Below, piece by piece: positions 23,917-27,646 of a DNA stretch of 27,646 nucleotides. Position 1 is the stretch's first letter. Each line of letters opens with the position of its first letter. The position numbers and the translations under genes were made by a program. The notes beneath the pieces were generated by a model. It was not told where the DNA came from, did not search any database, and saw nothing but the letters and a program-made list of their open reading frames with translations. Source of the stretch: a virus (taxonomy: Duplodnaviria > Caudoviricetes); IMG/VR virus record IMGVR_UViG_3300032327_000688, positions 1 through 27,646 of that record; one strand, 5' to 3'.

Positions 23917-24615
23917 ATGAATCATTTTGAACAGCCCGGCAAACTACACCAAGAACTTAATCCTGTATTATGGACAAACGGTTCACTAAAAAAGCCAGTA
24001 CAAGTTGCACTACTGCGTATTGCTCGAGCCTATTGGAAGTTCTTAAACATCAACACTCCTGTGATTGACATCATAGTTTCCGGTAGTCAAGCAAACTATA
24101 CCTACGGTGAACACAGTGATATTGACTTACATTTAGTTGTAGATTATAGTAAGGTACAATGTGATCTAGCAGTAGATGAACTGTTTAAAACCAAACGTGA
24201 TTTATGGCGCGAAGAACATGATATAGACATTCACGGTATTCCTGTTGAAGTTTATGTAGAAGATGTACACAAGCCAGCTGTTAGTTCTACCTTCAGTTTA
24301 TTGACAAATTCGTGGAAAAAAGAGCCTAAAAAGACTCAGATCGAACCTGATTCTGAACGAATTGAACGTCTTTGTAAGGCCTGGATGATTTTGATAGCCA
24401 CACGCCTTGCTACCAAAGAGCTAGATCAAATTGAACAGGTTAAAGACATGTTATGGCAGTACCGTAAGAAAGGGCTTGCTGTTGAAGGGGAGATGGGGGT
24501 ACCAAATCTAGTGTTTAAAACTCTAAGAAATAGCGGAGTAACTGAAATGCTGTTAAAAGCAGCCAGCACACTCCGCGATCGTGATCTCAGTTTAGAAAGT
24601 AACGGGATTAGCTAA
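23917..24615 (+). CDS. Pol-beta superfamily nucleotidyltransferase
   Basis: hGS motif VSGSQANY, DxD in SDIDLHL and a third acidic residue in PVEVYVED. ATG 23917 is preferred over 23890 because of the upstream motif. Confidence 0.82.
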   Translation: MNHFEQPGKLHQELNPVLWTNGSLKKPVQVALLRIARAYWKFLNINTPVIDIIVSGSQANYTYGEHSDIDLHLVVDYSKVQCDLAVDELFKTKRDLWREEHDIDIHGIPVEVYVEDVHKPAVSSTFSLLTNSWKKEPKKTQIEPDSERIERLCKAWMILIATRLATKELDQIEQVKDMLWQYRKKGLAVEGEMGVPNLVFKTLRNSGVTEMLLKAASTLRDRDLSLESNGIS

Positions 24616-24616
24616 A

Positions 24617-24709
24617 CTATACTCTGTTACTTCTTTTCCAGCCTTCTTTCTTACCTTGTGCAAATGCCAGTGTTGGAACCAATAGTAGTAATGCTAATAA
24701 TCGTTTCAT
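24617..24709 (-). pseudogene. 30-aa ORF that is mostly a Sec signal peptide; probable truncated secreted-protein gene
   Basis: MKRLLALLLLVPTLAFA-QGKKEGWKRSNRV*, with classic n/h/c regions and an A-x-A site. TAAATA on the minus strand at 24732-24737. Confidence 0.55.
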
Positions 24710-24755
24710 ATAGTATCTGTTTAATTACTACTATTTACTGAAAGCGATTGAGTCC

Positions 24756-25208
24756 CTACCAATTACCAGTTGTTTGCCAGGGTTGTTTGACCCAGATATC
24801 AGCAACACCATCGTAATCGGCTGTACAATAATACATGGTAGTGTTCCCAAGCACCAGCATGCCTTGTTGATCTCCAGCAACTCCCTTGCTGGACACTGGC
24901 TCTGAACGTTTGCCTATAATAGGCGCAACATCTCTTGCTCTTCGCATAGCAATCTGTTCATTAACCCGCATTTGTTCCCAGTCTTGCTGACTAAACACTC
25001 CCAACACACCTGTAACTTCAGTGACTGAATCAGCTGGGCAAGTGCCAAAAAACTCAGGTGTTGGTGTGGGGTAATCACTTTCACGTGCCCACACAAACTC
25101 AAGACCCGCCACATTGGGAAACTTAGTGCCATTCATAGCAGGTTCAACAGCCACAGAAATGCCAGTTTCAGCATCCACATAGGTAAATTTTATATATTGT
25201 AAGCTCAC
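24756..25208 (-). CDS. Tail-fibre-associated hypothetical protein (chaperone/accessory-like)
   Basis: 150 aa, GTG start with SD AAGGA, directly downstream of the fibre gene. C-terminal P.SSKG.AGD..G...YYCTADYDG...IW motif of the kind seen in phage tail proteins. Confidence 0.68.
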   Translation of the reverse strand: MSLQYIKFTYVDAETGISVAVEPAMNGTKFPNVAGLEFVWARESDYPTPTPEFFGTCPADSVTEVTGVLGVFSQQDWEQMRVNEQIAMRRARDVAPIIGKRSEPVSSKGVAGDQQGMLVLGNTTMYYCTADYDGVADIWVKQPWQTTGNW

Positions 25209-25221
25209 GGTTATTCCTTAA

Positions 25222-27645
25222 TTAAATAATACTGCGTCTCACGGCTCTCACGTACAGTGTAGTACCGCCTTTGGAGGTGTAGGATTGGTAACCATTACCA
25301 AGAGCCATGTACCAAGCGTTGATATTTGAGAACTCAGAGCTGGTCCAGTAGTTTCCTTCAGTCAATGTCTCACTGCCACCGTTAAAAATAGCAACGGTTG
25401 TTCGACTTGGCGACGTAGGGGCATTAAAGGCATCGTTTGTGTAGCCAGCGCCCGCTGGTATTGAATTCACGTTGATTCCATTAACTGTCCCGGTATCGCC
25501 TGGTGATCCGTAGGTTTTATAATCAAGTGCGCTGACTTGACGAGCATTCTGATCATTGGGATTGCTATTTGGCTTAAAGTTGCGGTATACCAATTCAAGT
25601 TCGTCTCGGCTTGGCAAATACCAATCTGTCTTGCCTCCAATGTTTAGGTTGTAGCAACTCCAGGCCGCTGGGTATGCTGTGGCATTGCCGGCAGCAATCA
25701 TGGCCAGTGTGGCTTTGCGGCCTTCGGATAATGTTACCACAGAAAGCAGGGTGTTGAGGTTGTTATTTTGGAGACTGCTGGATTGAGTTGACTTGGGTGC
25801 TAATATTACACGGTATTGCGCCATGATGCTCCAGTCTGAGTGTGTGCCCGAACCTTCCACACTGCTGACATTCAACACCAAGGTTGTGCCGCCCGCCTGT
25901 GCCACAGTGGCAATCATTTTGGTGGCAGGGTTGCTGCGCCTGCGAACTTCCAACGTCTGTCCAAGATACACAATAGGAGCATTAGACATGTCAGGCACAA
26001 TAAAGGTGTATTGACCTGGTGTTGATATGGTCGTAGTGGAAGTACTTGTAGTAATTTCATTCCATATCAGCCCGGCATAATAACCGCCTTCAAAACTGGC
26101 ACCAATGGCAGGGGTCGCGGTAGGTGTGGCTATGTAGCTGGAGAATTGACCTTTGGTAGTTATATTCCACACTTCACTATAGGCACTTGTGCCATTATTG
26201 TAGCCTGTGTAGCGAACCCTAGCATAATATGTTGTATTACCTGCACTAAGTCCAGTAACAGTCCATGAGGTCCTGTTGGTGCCGGTGCCGGCTGTCAAGC
26301 TGGCAAAGTTGGCAGGAACAAATGTGCTGTCCGTTGATATCTGCCAGTCACTGCTGGCATGAGAATCAAAAGTACCAAGATAGATAAAGGAGCTGGCTGT
26401 GAAAGTGATACTTGGACTGTTGTAATCTATAGTTCCGCTGGCTGGATTTGTAATACTTGGAGCTTGAACTGATTTTGCCAAAACCCTAATGGTCACAACT
26501 GTGCTGTAGGCGCTGACCTGGTTATTAGTGCCTCTGTGTCGCACACGCAAATAGAATGTGCCCAGAGTTCCCAATGTTACCCCCCATGCGGTCTTGTTGA
26601 TTGTACTGGCCATTGATTCTGCTACTACCGCGGTAAAGGCCGCGTCAGAAGCCAGTTGCCAATCCGTATCCCGATGTGTATTGGCTTCTCCTAGAGAAAC
26701 AAAGGCGCTGGTAGTAAAAGTAACACTATTTCCCGGCTCTGTGCCACTATAGTAATTGTAGGGACTACTAGCTGGATTGGTAATAGTAGGTGCTGTTACT
26801 CCCGAAGTCAAAATAGTGAGTGGGATGTCTCTTGATAGTTGCCCGCTGGTCATAGTCAGGAGATTGGTGCCTGAACTGCTGGGTGCTGTGTAAGTAATGG
26901 TGTTGCCTGAGATACTAACAGTTCCTGCAGGTGCAGTGCCTGCGGTGACACTGACTGAATATGTACTAAAGGCATCAAAGTAATTGATCACATAGTTGAC
27001 CACTTGATTGATATACACCACCGTTGGGCCACTCAGTACGAAAAAAGGAATATTAAGAGCACTGTTGGCCCACTTGCCGCTAGCTTCGTCGTATTTTAAA
27101 TATTGTCCGTTGATTGGACTAGTAATGACAACATCTGTTAAATTAGCAAGATTAGTAGTACCAGCAGTACCCGTACTTACTGGCCACGGGCCTACAAATA
27201 AATTAGTAGCAGTAACCGTGCCACCTACATATACACTGCCACCTATGCCAACACCACCTGCCACACGTAATGCACCTGAGTTAGTACCAGTTGAAGCAGT
27301 GACATTTGTAACTGTAGTAATGCCACTGAATACTCCTGTTGTGGCATCTACTGATCCGCCTGATAAATTTGTAGCAGTAGTGGCATACCCAACTTGTAAT
27401 GTAGCAGTTGAAACAAATGTTGCCGTGTTGCCTGCACCTGCTTGTAGTAGTGTACCTGCGTTGCCTGATGGAATAAATGTTGTTGTTCCTGGAGCGGATT
27501 GGATTGGAATCTGTCCAGCTAAACCACCGGCAATATTTGTAGCAGTAGTGGCATTGGCCGCTGTTAATCCACTTGGACTTACCCAAGTAGGAGCAGATCC
27601 TGTACCGTTTGTTTGTAAAAGTTGTCCGGCGGTACCTGCGGCTAA
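25222..27645 (-). CDS. Tail fibre/receptor-binding protein, C-terminal part (starts beyond the window)
   Basis: Frame is open to the window end (LAAGTAGQLLQTNGTGSAPTW...ATTATNIAGG...GALRVAGGVGIGG). Gly/Thr/Ala fibre repeats, two FN3-like repeats and a C-terminal DUF1566-like domain (WYLPSRDEL...YWTSSE...AW...VRAVR). Confidence 0.85.
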   Translation of the reverse strand, partial: LAAGTAGQLLQTNGTGSAPTWVSPSGLTAANATTATNIAGGLAGQIPIQSAPGTTTFIPSGNAGTLLQAGAGNTATFVSTATLQVGYATTATNLSGGSVDATTGVFSGITTVTNVTASTGTNSGALRVAGGVGIGGSVYVGGTVTATNLFVGPWPVSTGTAGTTNLANLTDVVITSPINGQYLKYDEASGKWANSALNIPFFVLSGPTVVYINQVVNYVINYFDAFSTYSVSVTAGTAPAGTVSISGNTITYTAPSSSGTNLLTMTSGQLSRDIPLTILTSGVTAPTITNPASSPYNYYSGTEPGNSVTFTTSAFVSLGEANTHRDTDWQLASDAAFTAVVAESMASTINKTAWGVTLGTLGTFYLRVRHRGTNNQVSAYSTVVTIRVLAKSVQAPSITNPASGTIDYNSPSITFTASSFIYLGTFDSHASSDWQISTDSTFVPANFASLTAGTGTNRTSWTVTGLSAGNTTYYARVRYTGYNNGTSAYSEVWNITTKGQFSSYIATPTATPAIGASFEGGYYAGLIWNEITTSTSTTTISTPGQYTFIVPDMSNAPIVYLGQTLEVRRRSNPATKMIATVAQAGGTTLVLNVSSVEGSGTHSDWSIMAQYRVILAPKSTQSSSLQNNNLNTLLSVVTLSEGRKATLAMIAAGNATAYPAAWSCYNLNIGGKTDWYLPSRDELELVYRNFKPNSNPNDQNARQVSALDYKTYGSPGDTGTVNGINVNSIPAGAGYTNDAFNAPTSPSRTTVAIFNGGSETLTEGNYWTSSEFSNINAWYMALGNGYQSYTSKGGTTLYVRAVRRSII
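26155..26799 (-). repeat. Two tandem FN3/Ig-like protein repeats (about 105 aa each) in the fibre
   Basis: V.AP.ITNPAS...TFT.S.F..LG...H...DWQ+..D..F...N+T.W.VT...Y.RVR..G.NN..SAYS.V occurs twice. Confidence 0.8.
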
Positions 27646-27646
27646 A

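Noticed and set aside
23917-24615. Nucleotidyltransferase as a CBASS or MNT-HEPN toxin-antitoxin system
   Set aside because: No adjacent effector, HEPN or Cap gene is recognisable.
27262-27264. GTG 27264 as the start of the fibre gene
   Set aside because: There is no upstream in-frame stop; fibre-like sequence continues to 27645, so the gene is truncated by the window.
27281-27586. 101-aa Cys/Tyr/Arg-rich minus-strand ORF
   Set aside because: It is an alternate frame of the Thr/Ala/Gly-rich fibre gene, whose true frame stays open to the window end.
1-27646. Stop-codon reassignment (as in some large phages)
   Set aside because: Conserved genes are full length in the standard code and coding density is high without readthrough.
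1-27646. tRNA, rRNA or large ncRNA genes
   Set aside because: Intergenic gaps are nearly all under about 100 bp (the longest, before the SSB gene, is about 175 bp) and are explained by promoters, terminators or mini-ORFs. I recognised no cloverleaf/T-loop signature; a covariance search would be needed to exclude them formally.

Overview
This 27.6 kb window is a densely packed segment of a large, T4-superfamily-like myovirus genome, probably a jumbo phage (inferred from gene content), using the standard bacterial code. Bases 1-9778 hold late/morphogenesis genes: the tail sheath C-terminus, tail tube, a tube-fold paralogue, a gp4-like head completion nuclease, a putative small terminase, the large terminase and acidic putative internal-head proteins. 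Bases 9955-23303 hold replication/recombination genes: gp32-like SSB, UvsX, UvsY, UvsW, an AT-rich free-standing Zn-repeat endonuclease, a gp62-like protein, a zinc-finger protein, a very small stand-alone family C (DnaE-like) polymerase core, primase and DnaB/gp41 helicase. The right end is accessory: a divergent YqgE/AlgH and Pol-beta nucleotidyltransferase pair, a signal-peptide-only mini-ORF, and a GC-richer tail-fibre tip (two FN3-like repeats plus a DUF1566/CLec-like end resembling DGR targets) that runs off the window. Regulatory signals are clear: TAAATA late motifs often lie exactly 5 nt before ATG (leaderless), sigma70 promoters precede replication genes, there are three intrinsic terminators, and the SSB leader carries AGGCA repeats. 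I saw no rRNA, tRNA, CRISPR array or reverse transcriptase. All family calls come from motif recognition by eye, not database searches.
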